Counted from the first letter of the whole stretch, positions 38,860 to 54,000 are shown. The stretch: DNA of 61,597 bases, filler included, from Dimargaris cristalligena (GCA_003614675.1; 17 parts of 17 records of this genome joined end to end with filler, not necessarily neighbours in it), one strand, 5' to 3'. A program made the numbers and translations. The notes: a model not told the origin generated them from the sequence alone.

Positions 38860-39935
38860 ATGGCCGGAAAACCCAGCAGTCCGCTTCAGAGCCGTCTTCG
38901 CGCCCAGCATTCCGGAATCGATGTCGCGCTCACTGGGCTGATCCCCTGCAGCGACCAGTCAGAGTGCCGGTTATTGCAAACGTACCTAACCACACTCGAA
39001 CAGTCTCGTCCAGTACCAGACGCAACTTCCGTGCTTGACTCGGAGGAGTCCACGGACTGCCAGTGCGAAACCCTCGTCCGTCGTTTGGTCCAATGGACCC
39101 GGAATCAAATCACTATCACCCCCAAACTAGAATCGAATAGCCTACCGCTACCCTATCCGACCTGGGCCCGGTCCATTATCCATGTGGCCGCGCTATCGGC
39201 CCCCAGTCCGTTTCTGGATATGCTGTTGGCCCTGCTGCCCGGAGCCCTCCGCGGCAAAACCCTCACGGCCGTCCAAGACCAGCTTCACCGCCAACCGATC
39301 TTTCATTCCGCTTTTGTGCAACTCGCCACCCTGGTCCATGTCCTCTTACCCACCGACGATAGCCCGCCGACTACTTTGTCCGCCTCGGAAAAATCTGAGG
39401 CCAGTGGGGCAGCCTTATTGGAACGATTGGCTGAGGAACTCCACGCTCTTTTATTGGGAACGGCGGAGCGAGACAATGCCCGGGCCTTGCAGGCACTAGG
39501 CGCTTTCCTGGCGGTACCGTACCTACGCCCCATTGCTACACAGATCTTAGCGGCGGAAGGAACTTGGGCGTCTCTCTTCGATACATTGGAATACAGTCCG
39601 CTGGTAGTTCAATATGCTACGCTCCTGATGGTCTCGGTGGCCGCAACTCAGCGCATTTGTGCGGTTAGCCTGGCTACCCATGGCCGGGCATACCTAACCG
39701 CTCTGGCACAACATTCGGTGCGCTGGTGCCACGACTCCGAGAGCTCTAGTGATACCAAACAGCAGCCCACTAAACCCCTGGACCATCGTGTTCTCTTGGG
39801 CCTCTTGGCTACCCGGACCCTGGCCCAACTTACAATCACCAGCCGAGTACTGCTGGCCACGGATGATACGACCACCCCCGCACCACCCGCCCTATTGGAA
39901 CCCCTCATTCCGGCCCTTAACCTGGCCCTCGTCCT
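38860..39935 (+). CDS. 5' part of a helical-repeat protein, probably She4/UNC-45/CRO1 myosin chaperone
   Basis: accATG start, frame open to contig edge. ALQALGAFL..IATQILAAEG..LFDTLE..VQYATLLMVSVAA...C resembles the UCS central domain. Divergent from DNA2. Confidence 0.5.
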
Positions 39936-40179
39936 NNNNNNNNNNNNNNNNNNNNNNNNNNNNNNNNNNNNNNNNNNNNTTAATTAATTAANNNNNNNNN
40001 NNNNNNNNNNNNNNNNNNNNNNNNNNNNNNNNNNNTGGAAGAAATGGGTTAAAAGGGAAGGGAAAAAAACTGGATATACCAGACAAAAAAGCCACTTCAT
40101 ACCTTGCATATAAATATAATAAGTAAATAATAATTGTGCATACCTGTGGCAATTTAAGGGGATACTTCACCTTACCACA

Positions 40180-40435
40180 CCGGTTAGTACCTTAGCTTAT
40201 TCTTACCCCCCTTAGTTTACCCTTAATAAACTCTATATACACTCACCCCCCTTATACTGACTAGTAAGTGTGCATCAGTGCACGTCCCCTGCATATGCAT
40301 TGACACTCACTTTATTAGGTTAGTACAACCCCACCTAATGCTAGTAGCCCGCTTGGCCATGCCAATGCCCCACCTACCATTAGAAGCCTATCCCTGAGAC
40401 TCTTGATGGGCTAAGAGTGGTTAACTTGGGCAACA
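40180..40435 (+). mobile_element. LTR family A, 3' half
   Basis: AATAAA near 40225, ends GGCAACA, homologous to about 6530-6787. Confidence 0.8.
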
Positions 40436-42425
40436 ACCTCTGCCTCCCATGGCCCAAAAGAATACACAATTAACAAACCATATGATCCCCCCCCACTTTA
40501 TATAATTTATGTCTCATGTACTGACATGGGTCGAGATGATCTTCCCCTTCCATGGGGCAAACTGGTCATCCTCCCTCGCCATATGATGCCTGCACACTCC
40601 AAGTCCTTAGCTATGCCCTTGCATGAGTATTTGGAAGACTTTGATTTCGCTGATCCTTATTCGAGGTAACCACTCCCACTTCCACACAACTAACTGATGA
40701 CTTCTACTTTTTCCAGCTGCATGAATTTGGATGAGTCAGCACCAATAGCACTCACACTAAAAGACATGAGTGACATCAAAATTTTCCATATATATATATA
40801 TTCTATTTATCTAAGAACCTTGGAAGATCCGAGGCATTCTTGTCTTCCAGTTTCCACATTCTTTTCCTTCCTTTTTCACACATTGTTCAAACTTGAAGAC
40901 CCAGCCAGTTTTTCCTCTTATGGTTTTATGGTGGTTAGTCCACCTGAGGACGATGTCCAAAAGTCATAGTATAGTTCTAAATTCATAACATCACTTCTTC
41001 ATATATATAGTCTCCCAGTTGGCCCTTAAAATGGCAAGTTATCTTTGAGATAAGTTTTTATTGTTGAGAATAAATATCTACCTTTTAACTTCACCCAGTG
41101 TTTTACTCAGCAGTAATTGAAGGCTTCAACCGGAAGTCGAGATTTCACATTTTTACTAGTTATTTACTTTCATCAGCTTGTTCACTAGCATGTAGCCACC
41201 ATGGCTCTCCCAGTACCTAACTCTGATGATGGGAGCTTGGGATTGATTCATGTAGAATATTTCCTGCTGTACCCCAGCACCAGCTCCAAGCACAGCTCCA
41301 ACCCAATCAGAATAGCTGAAGGACTGTTTCCTGAGTTCACCATGTTCTGCTCAGGCACCTTGAGCCCTCCAAACCTGACATCTAGTGACCCTGCCAACTC
41401 CGGGGAAGGCAAGGGGTCCAACCCCAGCCTTAGTCCTGGAAGGGAGGGGCCTCAAACCACTGGCCTAACATCTCACAGTAGAATATAGCTATTGGATAAT
41501 TCTCAAACACCCTACACCAGATTAGTAACCCCCCATGGTCAGTAGTATTTTTCTTACAAGTCTTTCTGCCATGTCCTAACACTAAAATAGGTCTGCCTGA
41601 TGCCCAAATTTGAAGAGCCAATTAAATTGGGACACCTACCCAACTAACACCTATATTCAAAAATAGGCCAGAGAATAATGAATGCCAAAATTTTTGGCCA
41701 TAAATAACAACAGTATTATGAGGTCCTAGTAAGCTGGGCCATCATAGCCTGTATAATTTGAAGATCTAGAGTAAGGATACATTTGATAATGGTCCCAACA
41801 AACTGTATAGCTGGAAATCCAGTTTAGGTGACGAAATCTACTGGCTAAGTGACATTTTCCCACCCATCCTCTCATATTGCAACCACCAGGCAAGGTGGAA
41901 CACCCAATTGTAGAACAACTAGGACATCCAACTAATGAAATTGTCCAGCTCGTCCTTCCCCTTACATCTGCCTCCACCAGGTAAGTGGCAAACAGCAGCC
42001 ACCCAAGCCAGTAGACAACTAACCAAGTAGTATATAATGAATAGACATGACATAATCTTAACTCCTTAAGTTTTGATTTAATAATTAATAAATAACTCTT
42101 TAAAAAGCTTTCTTACCCAACTCAGTGCCTTGTTATTTTGTCAAATCATTCCCTCCTTGGAAACTCAGTTGATCCACTGGTCCCACATGATCTAAACTGT
42201 TACAATATGTATGATAGGTGTTATGCAAAAGAAAACCTACTACATCACTGAAATCAATCAATCCTGTGAAATATCATTGGTGGTTGAGATTTTAATAGCC
42301 TCCTCCCACAGTATCTCTTCATACTCTCACTTGATAATATATTATGGAAAATTTATCTTTTTGGGAATATGGCCCTAACAAGAGGGTCTTATTGTTCCAG
42401 ATTATCAACTTCATTGGATGAAGCA

Positions 42426-43008
42426 TGTCACCTGGGTTATCCACTCTTAATCCATCAAGAGTCCCAGGGATAGGCTTCTAATGGTAGGGGGGGCTTTAGA
42501 CTTGGCTAAGCAGGCTACTAGCATTAGGGAGGGGCACTGTACTAACAAAATAAAGCAAGTGTGGTCAACATAAGCAAGGGACATGCAGTGATGCACACTT
42601 ACAGTCAGTATAAGAGGGTGAGTGTATATAGGTGTTTATTGGGGGTAAACTAAGGGGTAAGAATAAGCTAAGGGTCCTAACTGGTCCCAATGGGGCCCAG
42701 TTATATATACACAGGGGACTACTCTAGAGGGAGGTCCCAAGGGAAGAACTACATAGCTAAACTATGGATAAGTAAGCCAGTCAGCTGGTCCTTGTATTGG
42801 GAAGTCTTCATGGGAACCGGAAGACTCCACAGATTGATGGTGGAGTGATTAGTGCACACACCAGGGAGCCCAACTGGGGGGTTTATAAGTGATAGGTGAT
42901 AACCCCATAGTACCAGGGATGACTATAGGGGATTTTATGTAGTGCTATAAGGCCTGCTATGGCAGTCAATCATTTACCTTGGATTAGGTCAGATTATAAG
43001 GGGCAACA
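42426..43008 (-). mobile_element. LTR family A, full-length solo-like copy (583 bp)
   Basis: TGTCACC...GGGCAACA termini, homologous to the other three copies. No clear target-site duplication. Confidence 0.8.
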
Positions 43009-43400
43009 ATTATAAAAATAAAAAATAATAATTTATTAATTTCTTTACTCAAAATTTAAAAACACTTAATATTCTCTCTTCAATGTTGTGCCTCCCCATT
43101 TGTTCCTCTGGGTCTAGCATCCCACCTTCATCTGGCCCAGGTACACCACTATCTAGGCCCCAGCGCTCTGCACTTAAGCAGGGTACACCAGCTCAAATTC
43201 TGAATCCTAGCAGTGGATGTAATGACCCCAACACCAACACACAAATGGCCCTTAAATAAACTGACTGACTAATAATTGGCAACAAGAAGTGAGCAAGTTA
43301 TTGAACAGTGATATAAATAGATATAGGATATTCCAAGCATTTAGTTGGAAAGGACCACACAATACCACACCTTACCATCACAAACCCATTGGATACCTTC

Positions 43401-43555
43401 TGTAAAGAACTGAACTCAAATCCTTGAAAACTGAACTTTATTTAAAAAGATAGATAATAAAAAGGGAAAGGTGATGATAGACTTGCTATTCCAAGAGGTA
43501 GCAGTAAGGGGGAGTATTTATGCTCAAAAGAGGAAGCCTAAATAAAAAGATAGAT
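43401..43555 (-). mobile_element. LTR family B, truncated by contig end
   Basis: Near-identical to 7116-7218. Confidence 0.85.
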
Positions 43556-44365
43556 NNNNNNNNNNNNNNNNNNNNNNNNNNNNNNNNNNNNNNNNNNNNT
43601 TAATTAATTAANNNNNNNNNNNNNNNNNNNNNNNNNNNNNNNNNNNNNNNNNNNNTTTATCTATTAATTCTAACAAAATGGTTACAACATTGTTGTCCTT
43701 TCTAATACTAAGTATTGTTTAGTTGCTTCTACTACTATATACTTACCTATTACTTGCTTCTATAGTACTGGATACTACATAATGTAGTCCTTTCTAGTCC
43801 ATTACTTTCTTCAATAGTTATGGACATAATTTGCTATTTTCTCTTCTTACCTCATGGATACTACCTTGGTATTCCTTTCTACTTCCCTAGTCTATTTAGT
43901 TAGCTATTTAGTATTCACTTACTTTAGTAATAGCTAGATGGTCCAAGTATGCTTTTGGTCCTCTTCATGACCATTTCTAGCATACAGCTCCCTTCTTTGG
44001 ACTGCAATGTACTTGGGTCCCTCTTTGTATACCCTGAGCTACTAGTCCATCTATATTCTTTATAGTCTGTTACTTTGGAAATACTATCTTTTGATAGTGG
44101 CATCTACTGTTTAGCCAGTTGGTCTTTTGGACAACTATATCCAAGACAAGTACCATCCAGATTAATATTTTCCCAGTAGTAACATGTGATACTCTGGCAT
44201 TTTGTAAAACTACCTAGAGTGTTTAATACTTGTAGTTACCTATGGCTATTACTATAGTTCTTTGCAGCTATGGCTGTAATACTTAGTGGCTATTGCCATA
44301 GTACCTTCTGCCTTGCATTTTTGTAATCTTCTTCATCTCGGCCCCAATTAAGGAAAGTTAAGTAC

Positions 44366-44580
44366 TGTAGTAATGTGGTGCTTGATCCCATCTAATAAAT
44401 AATATTAATTACTAACCCTCTAACTAGCTTGTGGTTATCATTCATTTAAATTTTCTTATATAAATACTCCTCCTTGCTGCTACCTCTTGGAACAGCAAGT
44501 GTATCATCACCTTTCCCTACTTATCATCTATTTTTTCAAATAAAGTTCAGTTTTCAAGGATTTGATTTCAGTTCTTTACA
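44366..44580 (+). mobile_element. LTR family B, sense orientation
   Basis: TATAAATA near 44459, AATAAA near 44539, ends TTCTTTACA. The 5' boundary (44366 or 44374) is uncertain. Confidence 0.7.
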
Positions 44581-46955
44581 GTAAGGCCATTTGCTACCTC
44601 TGTCAAGCAACTAGTGAGAATAGTCATTATACTCTTCCACTGAGTAAGATAGCAAATGTGATCTGTGATTCCCTTGCCAATTAGTATGCCTATATAACTT
44701 TAATGAAGATCTTCCACCTATACACCCAGCTCTACCATCTGAAACAGGGTAATATAAGCATTAGTGACCTGGAAACTAATATTAAAATACTGGATGATGA
44801 ACTGTCATACTTTGAGTTATCCCAGGATCAGTGCTGCATGCTTATTCTTCTTCAATCTGTGGATCTGAAGTACCATGCATATATGACTCAGGGCCACAAT
44901 CAACCCCTGACTGACTACAACTTTGTGCTGGCCATCCAAATTTTAATCAAGGCTGAAGAATAACTGACTGATCAGGATCCTAGTATCATAGTGGTTAAGG
45001 CACCTATGCAGGTAAAAACTGGAAAGCAAAACACAAAACCAAAGTTAGTAAAGGGAATGATAGTAATTACTATTTTCATATCCATAGAACAAACCCTCAT
45101 TCTACTGATGAGTGTTCTACAAATTTACTCCATTGAAAAAGAACAGAGAAAGCTGATAAAGCCCAAGTGGTACTTCATTTGAATGAGTGTATCCTCAAAG
45201 TGATGGAGGAAACAGAGGAAACTAATTGGGTCATTGACTCTTGTTCCTTATTCCATTACACCCCCCATAAGTACCTTATCACAAACCTAAAACTCTGACA
45301 TTGCACTCTCTATGATGCAGGTGGAAAGGTTCATCCACCCTCTGCAGTTAGTCAACCCACTATGTTTATAACTGTGATTAATGGCTAAAGAAATAAGTTT
45401 ACACTTGATAATGTTGGTTATTGCCCTACCCTTGGGTACAACCTCATACCAGTTTCTGCAAGTGATGGAATGGGGATTAAACTCCTATTCCAGAAAGGGT
45501 GATGCAGTATCACACAAAATGGCAAATCAGTCCTGAGTGTTAGCAAAATCAATTTGTCCTTTATCATTAAGGTTGAGTACCCACATTATGGGGAAGAAGC
45601 TGTCAAAAGGTGCAATCATCTAGGCCACTCACTGCTGGAGGTTCATGGGGCACTTGGCCATGCCAACTTTGATGTCATCAAATGTGTAATTAAAAGGGGC
45701 ATAATCACTGATGTAAATCTGGTACCTATAAACTAGCCACTGAATTGAAAAACTTGTATTACAAAAAAAGCCATTTGTAAACCCTTCAAAGGTGTGATGA
45801 GAAATTCTGAATACTTACTTGGTATTGTTTATAGTGATGTGGCTGGCCTATTTCTAGCACTTGGTATTAGTAAAGAATGATTTATTATTCCTTTTACTGA
45901 TCATGCAAGCCACCTAGCCCAGGTCTACCTCATTAAATAAAATTTAGATGTCAGTAGAATTACCAAAGAATATATTATATTAGTCCAAAATTAAATGGTC
46001 AATTGAGTTCTTGAAATCCATACTGATAATGGGGGTGAGTACATGGGCAAAGACTTCCAGGCTGTTATCTCTGAGTATGGTATTGTCTGTTCAACTACTG
46101 CACCATATTTGCCACAACAAAATGGCATCACTGAATGATTTTATCACTCTATTGTCAGGACTGTGCACTGTATGCTTAAAGATGCTAATATCCCTGACTA
46201 TCTCTGGTGACAGGTAATACCCATATCTACAAAGATATGGAACCATTTGTCTAATAACAACCTTGTTGGGAACTCTGCCCATTTTCACTGATTTGGCCAC
46301 CACTGCAATCTAATGAAATACAATAAGTTAAGGTCAAAGGTCTATATTAATATTCCTAAAATCCACCACACTAAGCTTGATAGTGTAGCCCAGTCTATTA
46401 TTTACCTTGGGCCAGTGGCATCTGAAGGCCATCACAAAGTATATAATCCAAATACACAACAAATTACTACTAATCATGATGTGCACTTTATTACACCTGA
46501 CAACTTAAAAACCATCAATGATTCAATTAACAATGGGTTTAATCTTACCTATTCATTTCCTGCCACTATCCCCTAGTATAACATCATCAGTGAGTCTGAG
46601 GATAATCATTTGGCTATATAATCATAAGTCAGAAATTTGAGTGCAGGGGAATTAAGTGCTGATAATAATTTCAATAGTAATCCAGTGGTACACATCCCTA
46701 AAACTATTGGTGAGGGCAATAGTACATCACCAGTTAGTCAACATCCTAAACACATAGCAGCAATAAAGGCTTGAGCTGGAATCTGCAAAAATCTGGCTCC
46801 CACTTATAAATAGTGGACTTTATTTGACCATAACATTGCCCTATTGGTAATACCAGGTCCAAACTCCTACAAAGACACCATCACACAAGTGGATAAAAAT
46901 GAGTGGTTACTTACCATCAAACAGGAACTGGTATCACTATTTAACCATGTCATTC
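44581..46955 (+). mobile_element. Degenerate Ty1/Copia gag-pol
   Basis: In order: gag remnant (LYTQLYHLKQG), protease WVIDS (about 45228), HGALGH (about 45644), integrase SDVAG, HTDNGGEY and PQQNGITE, then the RT-proximal P.SY...EW...IKQELVSL. PR-INT-RT is the Copia order. Many stops. Confidence 0.9.
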
Positions 46956-47274
46956 AGGACTGTGTTGTACCACTGAAACTGAGTGTATCACTGATGTGGT
47001 GCCTACACCACATTATATTTTCTTTTTTCCCACCTTCTCTCTTTTTCCCATTCATTGGCCATGTTTCACATGACCATATACCACTGTGGTGAACTTACCA
47101 CATTTTTTACCTACTTTTATTTTTTATCTATTTTTCGCACTTATCGGAAGTATGCCCCTGACGAGTGAATGAGCNNNNNNNNNNNNNNNNNNNNNNNNNN
47201 NNNNNNNNNNNNNNNNNNTTAATTAATTAANNNNNNNNNNNNNNNNNNNNNNNNNNNNNNNNNNNNNNNNNNNN

Positions 47275-49676
47275 TTTATCTTTAGTCTATCTTGGATTAT
47301 AACTAAGAGAATCTGCGGTTACTCCAACACTATCTCACCTCAGAAAAGCCTCCCTATTTGCCAAATTAGAAAAATGTGAATTCCATAAATCAAGTGTGGA
47401 GTTCCTTAGTTACATTGTCACAAACTCTGTTATCAAAATAGACCTATCCAAGATTGATTCAATCCAATCCTGGCCAACCCTCTGCAGTGTTAAGGATATC
47501 CAGTCCTTCCTACATCTTACTAACTTCTACCACTAATTTATTCGAAATTTCTCATCAATTACAGCACCACTCACTCGCCTCCTTCATAAGGATACTCAAT
47601 GGGATTGGTCACCTAAAGCCCAAGCTGCCTTTGATGCCCTTAAATCTGCATTTACATCAGCCCCGGTCCTTCAATACTTTGATCCATCTAAGCCTATAAC
47701 TATTGAAACTAATGCTTCTGGCTTTGCCATTGGTGGAGTCCTCTCTCAACCAGATAATGATGGTCTTCTCCACCCTATTACCTTCTATTCTCATAAATTC
47801 ACTCTTGCTGAACTGAACTATGAAATTTATGATAAGGAAATGATAGCAATATTAGAGTCTTTCAAGGTATGGTGTGCCTACCTTGAGGGTGCTTATTTCC
47901 AAATCACAATACTTGCTGACCATAAGAACCTGGAGTATTTTACCACTACAAAATCCCTAAATTGCCACCAAGTCTGCTGGGCCCAACTTTTGGCTAACTG
48001 TGACTTTGTTATTAAGTATATCCCTGGCCATAAGAATGGCAAAGCTGATGCCCTATCTCACTACCCTGACTTTGTCCCTAAGTAGGGGAGTGACACCTTG
48101 TATAATAGTTCACAAGCACTACTAAAGTCTGACTAATTTATTATTTGTACCCTCAATACCTTAACTTCCTCCTCCCTTCTTATTGATGATATATGTATTA
48201 GTTATACATCTGATCCTGCCCTGGCTAAAGTGCTAGCTTCTTTATATGACCCATTACCCAATTCCCTAACCAAAAATACCAATAACCTACCACCTTTCTC
48301 CCTGGTTGATGATATTATTCTTTATGATGGACTTATCTACATACCTGACACTACCAGTATCAAATTACACTTACTCCAAGATCACCATAATTCCCCAACT
48401 GCTGGCCATTTTGGCCAATCTAAAACCCTTGAACTACTATCCCAGAATTACTACTGGCCCAAGATGTGCCGATTTGTGGAAGAATATGTATCCTCTTATG
48501 ACCAATGTAATCACTGTAAACCAGTTCCGCACAAACCTTATGGACTACTCCAGTCCCTTCCAATCCCTGAAGGCCCTTGGAAATTAATCTCTATGGATTA
48601 TATTGTTGGCCTCCCAGCCTCCAGTGGCTCTACTGCACTACTAGTAGTTATTGTCCATTTTACTAAAATGGCACACTTTATTCCAACTACTGATAATGTT
48701 AATGCCCCTACTACTGCCCAATTATTCCTAACCCATATCTACAAACACCATGGCCTCCCTATTAATATTGTTTCAGATCAAGGTTCCACCTTTACCTCCC
48801 ATTTCTAGTTTGCCCTGATGGAACTCCTCTATATCAAGTACAACTTATCAACTGCCTTCCACCCCCAATCAAATGGCCGAATAGAGCAGGTAAACTAAGT
48901 CCTAGAACAATACCTTTGCCTCTATTGTGACTACCTCCAGGATAATTGGGTTGACCTCCTTCCCCTTGCTGAATTCTCTTACAATAACTCAAAACACTCA
49001 ACTACCAAAACTAGCCTATTCTTTGCTAATACTACCCATCACCTAATTGCATTACCAATGTTTGCTGCAGTTGCAAAATGTAATACACATGCAGTAACTG
49101 ACCTATCTTCAGAACTAATTGAGGTTCACAATGCTTTAGTTAAGAATATTGAATCTGCAAACCACCAGTATGCTGCCTTTTACAATTGTAAACACCTGCC
49201 TGAGCCTAACCTGTCTATTGGCTCTAAAGTCTGGCTCCTTCAAAAACATATCAAGACCACCCAACCTAGCTCAAAGCTTAACTACAACTGCCTAGGCCCT
49301 TTTACTATCATTGCCAAAGTTGGCCAATGGGCCTATAACCTAGACCTACTACTATCAATGAGTATACACCCTTTATTTCATGTCTCCCTCCTTGAACCCC
49401 TTATTGAAAATACTATTCCTGGTCACACTCAAGATCCTCCACCCCCAATTGAGGTTAATAATGAGTATGAATATAAGGTTGAAGATATCTTAGATAGTTG
49501 CCTCCATTATGGGAAATTGCAGTATCTTATTGACTGGAAAGGCTATGATGCCAGTCCTCACACCTGGGAACCTGCTACAAACATTATAAAATCCCCAGAC
49601 CTTGTCCATTGTTTCCACCACCTCTACCACAGCAAGCCAGGACCTCACAGAGCTCGGCCTTCAAAGAGGGAGCTAC
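47275..49676 (+). mobile_element. pol: Degenerate chromovirus (Ty3/Gypsy) pol: RT end, RNase H, integrase, chromodomain
   Basis: KLEKCEFH; ETNASGFAIGGVLSQ; NYEIYDKEMIAI; DHKNLEYF; HNSPTAGHFG; ISMDYIVGLP; IVSDQG; LGPF; chromodomain EYKVEDILDS..QYLIDWKGY..TWEP. Purine tract AAAGAGGGAG precedes the LTR. Confidence 0.95.
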
Positions 49677-50042
49677 TGTTATGACTGGTTAATTTGAACT
49701 ATAAGAATAACCTACCAAACAAGTAAAAACCCATACCAATGGATGGGTAAATTAATATTAACATTATAGAAATATATCCCCATTATCCTACTGTGTTTTA
49801 TTTCCATTGTTATATTCCCTGTATTATCTAGATACTGATTCATATTCATTAGTTATTATTATTCTTTCCCTGCCCCTTGAGTCTAGATATAACCCTAACC
49901 ATTTTCCCACAGCTTGCTCTTTAGCTTGCAACTTCTCTTTTGTTTTGTCTTATTCTGATATTTATCCTAATAAACTTATTCCTGTCCTTTGAAGTCTGGT
50001 CCATCCTGTGGTACCTGGCCTTAATACCAGCCCATCATAACA
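49677..50042 (+). mobile_element. 3' LTR (366 bp) of the chromovirus
   Basis: Perfect 8-bp terminal inverted repeat TGTTATGA...TCATAACA, AATAAA near 49969, directly after the polypurine tract. Confidence 0.88.
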
Positions 50043-51049
50043 CCACCCTTGGATACCTGGTGACCAAATTTTACCATCATTACTGGAGTCAGATATTAAC
50101 ACACTGCAACACTATGCTCAATAGTGTCTACCTAGTGTTTAAGAACATTGTAAATATGTATTCTCAGTCTACCAGCTCATATAGGCCTGTACTCAGTAAT
50201 GATTTTAGGATAATCAACCACAGTCTTGTCAATTCAAAGTCAATGATGCCATTTTGTTACAAGATCCCACAGCCCAGTCCTTACAATCATGTTAGTTTGG
50301 ACCTTTTCAGATTCACCAGATTCTGCGACATAATACATATATATTAATGTCCCCTAATATAACCATTAGTCCCACTCCTATCCATGCCTCATGGTTAAAA
50401 CCAGCTGTAATATTGAATACTAATTATTGTGGTTGGCATTTACCCCTGTGGTATATATGCACCCTTGGGGAGGATGGTGTTGTGGTAGGACCTGAGACTA
50501 CTTAGTCAATTTTAGTATCATTTTTTTAGTATCAATTTCTTTAGTTTAAATCTTTTTATCAGCAAAGTCATGATTTATTATTTTATAGCCTTGCAATATC
50601 ATAGCAAGTGAGAGATACATCAAATACTACTCACATTTATATTTGATATCATCATTAGCCAGATATATTCGTAAACTCCTCATTATTAATCAATTCAAGC
50701 AGTAATACTACGTAGGTGGGACTTCAACCACTTCCTAAGTATAAATACCTTCAAGAATCACAGCTCTTAATAAAACCTCTCTTTATTTTNNNNNNNNNNN
50801 NNNNNNNNNNNNNNNNNNNNNNNNNNNNNNNNNTTAATTAATTAANNNNNNNNNNNNNNNNNNNNNNNNNNNNNNNNNNNNNNNNNNNNGAGCTTCCAAA
50901 CAAGTATTTTTCATATTGGACTACTTTGGTTAAAAACTTTATACAGTTGATTTTATTAATATTTTCATTTGAGTGACAAACCAGTGCGCCTGGAGAAGCT
51001 ACCCTGCCCTTTTGATAGTATTTTTGTTGTTCATTTTAGTGGCCTGACA

Positions 51050-54000
51050 CCACCACACTGTGACAGCAGTGGGTTAGATTCACGGTCATTGAAGTGAATA
51101 CCAGCATAGACCTCCTAATTGGCCGCTCTGACTTAGATAGCCTTGACCTTGACCTATGACCACCACCCCATCCAGATGCAAACCTGGAGCTAGTTGCACC
51201 ACTAAACCCACCGGCATCACCCAAAGTTGCTCAGCGGAAAACTTTGGAGCCAAGGGGTCTACCGGCACATATATTCAGCCGAATTAACCCAGCTATGGAC
51301 CAAGAATATCAGAGGGCAAATAGCCAATACCCCTCCCCCACTAGGGATAGTGTCAAGTCCCGATTAAGGGAACAGTTACCCTGTGACCAAACTAGGAAGC
51401 AGCTCATGAACAAACTTATGACAGGAACCCAATCCCTATGGGAGTACCCTCCAAGTTGCCCTCCACCCTGTTTGCTCAAACCTATTACACCACCTTTAAA
51501 ACCTGATGCCAAGCTCCTGTACATTCCCCAAGCACCCAGGAGCCAGGCAGACCGGGTATTTATGGATAGGTACATCAAGACTCGCCTCCAATACGGAGTA
51601 GATGAGCCAGGTTACGCCCATGCTAACCTGCCAGTATACAGCCTACCAAAGCCTAATACTGATGCCCGGAGAGTAATCCTGGATGACAGTCAGGGCAGTA
51701 CCGTTAATATGCACTCTCTTGGGATGCAGCTCCCTAAGCTACACGAGGTCCGATCCTTTGTGAATAATGCCAGAATAATAACCAGTATTGATCTCGCCTC
51801 TTATTTCACCCAGATTAGGCTAGCAAGGGAAGTCCGTGACTTCTGGACATTTGACGGTGGGTCCAATGGCTGTGTCCGATCAGCCCGCCTTGTCCAGGGC
51901 AACAGCCAGAGTCCAGCAATTGCTCACGCCCTCCTCATGCATGTCTTTAACAGTATGCCTGAGTTACATGGCCGTCTCTTAGGATATATCAACAATATCT
52001 ACCTGAAGAGTACTGACGGTAATGTTAAACAACACATCCAAGATATTGGCCAACTTGTTCGAGGCCTAGCATCCTGGGGCCTCACCATAAACATGCCCAA
52101 AAGCGAGTTTGGTGGGACCCAAGGGGTGGAGATTCTTGGTTACTGTTGGTCAAGAGATAATACCTGGTCCATCCCAGATCACCGTGTGGCCGACCTTCAG
52201 CAACTACCAATGCCCCAAACTGTCAAAGAGATCCAACGACTCACTGGCGGCATTAATGCTATTTCGGCACACCTCCCATGGTCAGCAGCACTACTGGCCC
52301 CTTTCTATGCACTCACAGGACTCCACCAGCTGAATAAGGATCACTTAGCCTATCTCCGGCCACATTGGGAGGGGCTGAAAGAGGCCCTCCTGGACACCAG
52401 GCACCTCTATGAACCCCGACCGGGTGAACCCCTTACCCTTAGGGTGGATGCAGCAGAAGCAGGAGTAGGTGCTGTGTTACTAGCCCACACCAATGACCAA
52501 GAGGATCGGGTAGTTGCTTACTTCAGCAAAGCCTTTGACGGCCAACAGGGAAGAAGGCATCTGGGATTTCGGGAAGCATGGGGACTTGTTCGGGCAGTTC
52601 GTCACTTCTATACTTATCTAGATGGGGCATGTAACCTCTGAATTGAAGTTGATGCCACAACAGCACTGGGCCTTTTCAATCACAAAGACACTTGCCAGGC
52701 GGATGAACTTGCCGGCTTCTGTATAGAACTGTCTAACATGGGTATCCACTCATATATGATCCATCACCGGCCAGGGGAAACCCACCTAACTGCTGACTGG
52801 TTATCACGCGCCCTCCACTGTCAGAGACCCAGTAAGCCGACTAAACCTAAAGCTGCAACCATTGCTGCCATAGAAATTACCCCTAGGGAAAATACTATCA
52901 GTAGTGATGGGGGGGAAACTATGGAAATATCCCTAACTTCGGACGAAGAGGATAGTGATGTAGATAATCTAGACTCGGATACCACCTGACTCTCAGGTGA
53001 ACCAACTATCAGGGCAGCCCTTCCAACAGCCTGGCGATGGTCCATTACAGTTGAGGAACAAAGGAGCGACACCCAACTGGAAACTTGGTATCACCTCTGC
53101 CTTCAAAGAGATATGGAAATTGGCAGTGAGGATCCTCTATTTACCGAGGTAGATGGGATGTCCATTCACAATGGACTTCTATGCAAGCTAGTCCCTAATA
53201 CTCTACCCGGCACAATGGGGAGCTGGGTCCCGCTGGCCCCTACACCCCTAATGAAGGAGGCAGTTAAATACTGGCATGAAGAGCTTTGCCACCCGGGGCA
53301 AGAACGACTCCTGGCCTTTGCTCAACCCCGACTATCTCACCCAGCCCTTAGGGAAACCATCGATCTACTCACCAGGACATGCCACGTCTGCCAAATCAAT
53401 GCTATTGCCACCATCCGTAATACCCCCCGGTCGACTACCTATGGGGACCGGAAGCCTGGTGAACACTTGTACATGGATATAGGTTACATTGGGCAAGTGG
53501 GATTAGATGAGGAAACCCAGTTCCTCATTATCGCCGATGCCGCTAGTCGTTTTTATCAAGCCATACCACTCCTGCAAGCCACGGCCTCTGATATAGTAGA
53601 GGGTCTACGAGATGGGTGGATTAGCATGTTTGGAAAACCAAGATTGGTCACTACTGATAATGGTCCGCAATTCACTGCTGATACCCTAAAAGACTATCTG
53701 GCGCGTTTGGGGATTCGACACATATTTGCATCCCGCAGCCACCCTATCTCTGAGCTAGCCGAACGGTATGTGGGCCTATTCAAAAACTCATTACGGAAGT
53801 GCTGGAGTCAATACGGTACCACGGAGGGTTGGACCCGCTATATCCCTAAGATCACTGCTGCTCAGGCAATCATCCCTGACCCGCATACTGGTATCTCACC
53901 CTGGATGTCCTTTAAGGGTATTGAATCGACCGTTGACATGTCCCAATTACTTCTCCACGCTGATACTGAGGGTGGGCTGGAGGAAGTTGCACAATGGGCC

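Noticed and set aside
42270..42300. IIGG/DFN LINE endonuclease-like remnant
   Set aside because: Single interrupted motif with no supporting context.
47155..47174. CTGACGAG hammerhead-core-like motif
   Set aside because: Cut by the contig end; no GAAA core or convincing stems visible.
51982..51999. Novel RT active site YINN
   Set aside because: Two CpG-to-CpA changes from YIDD explain it; most likely a dead copy.
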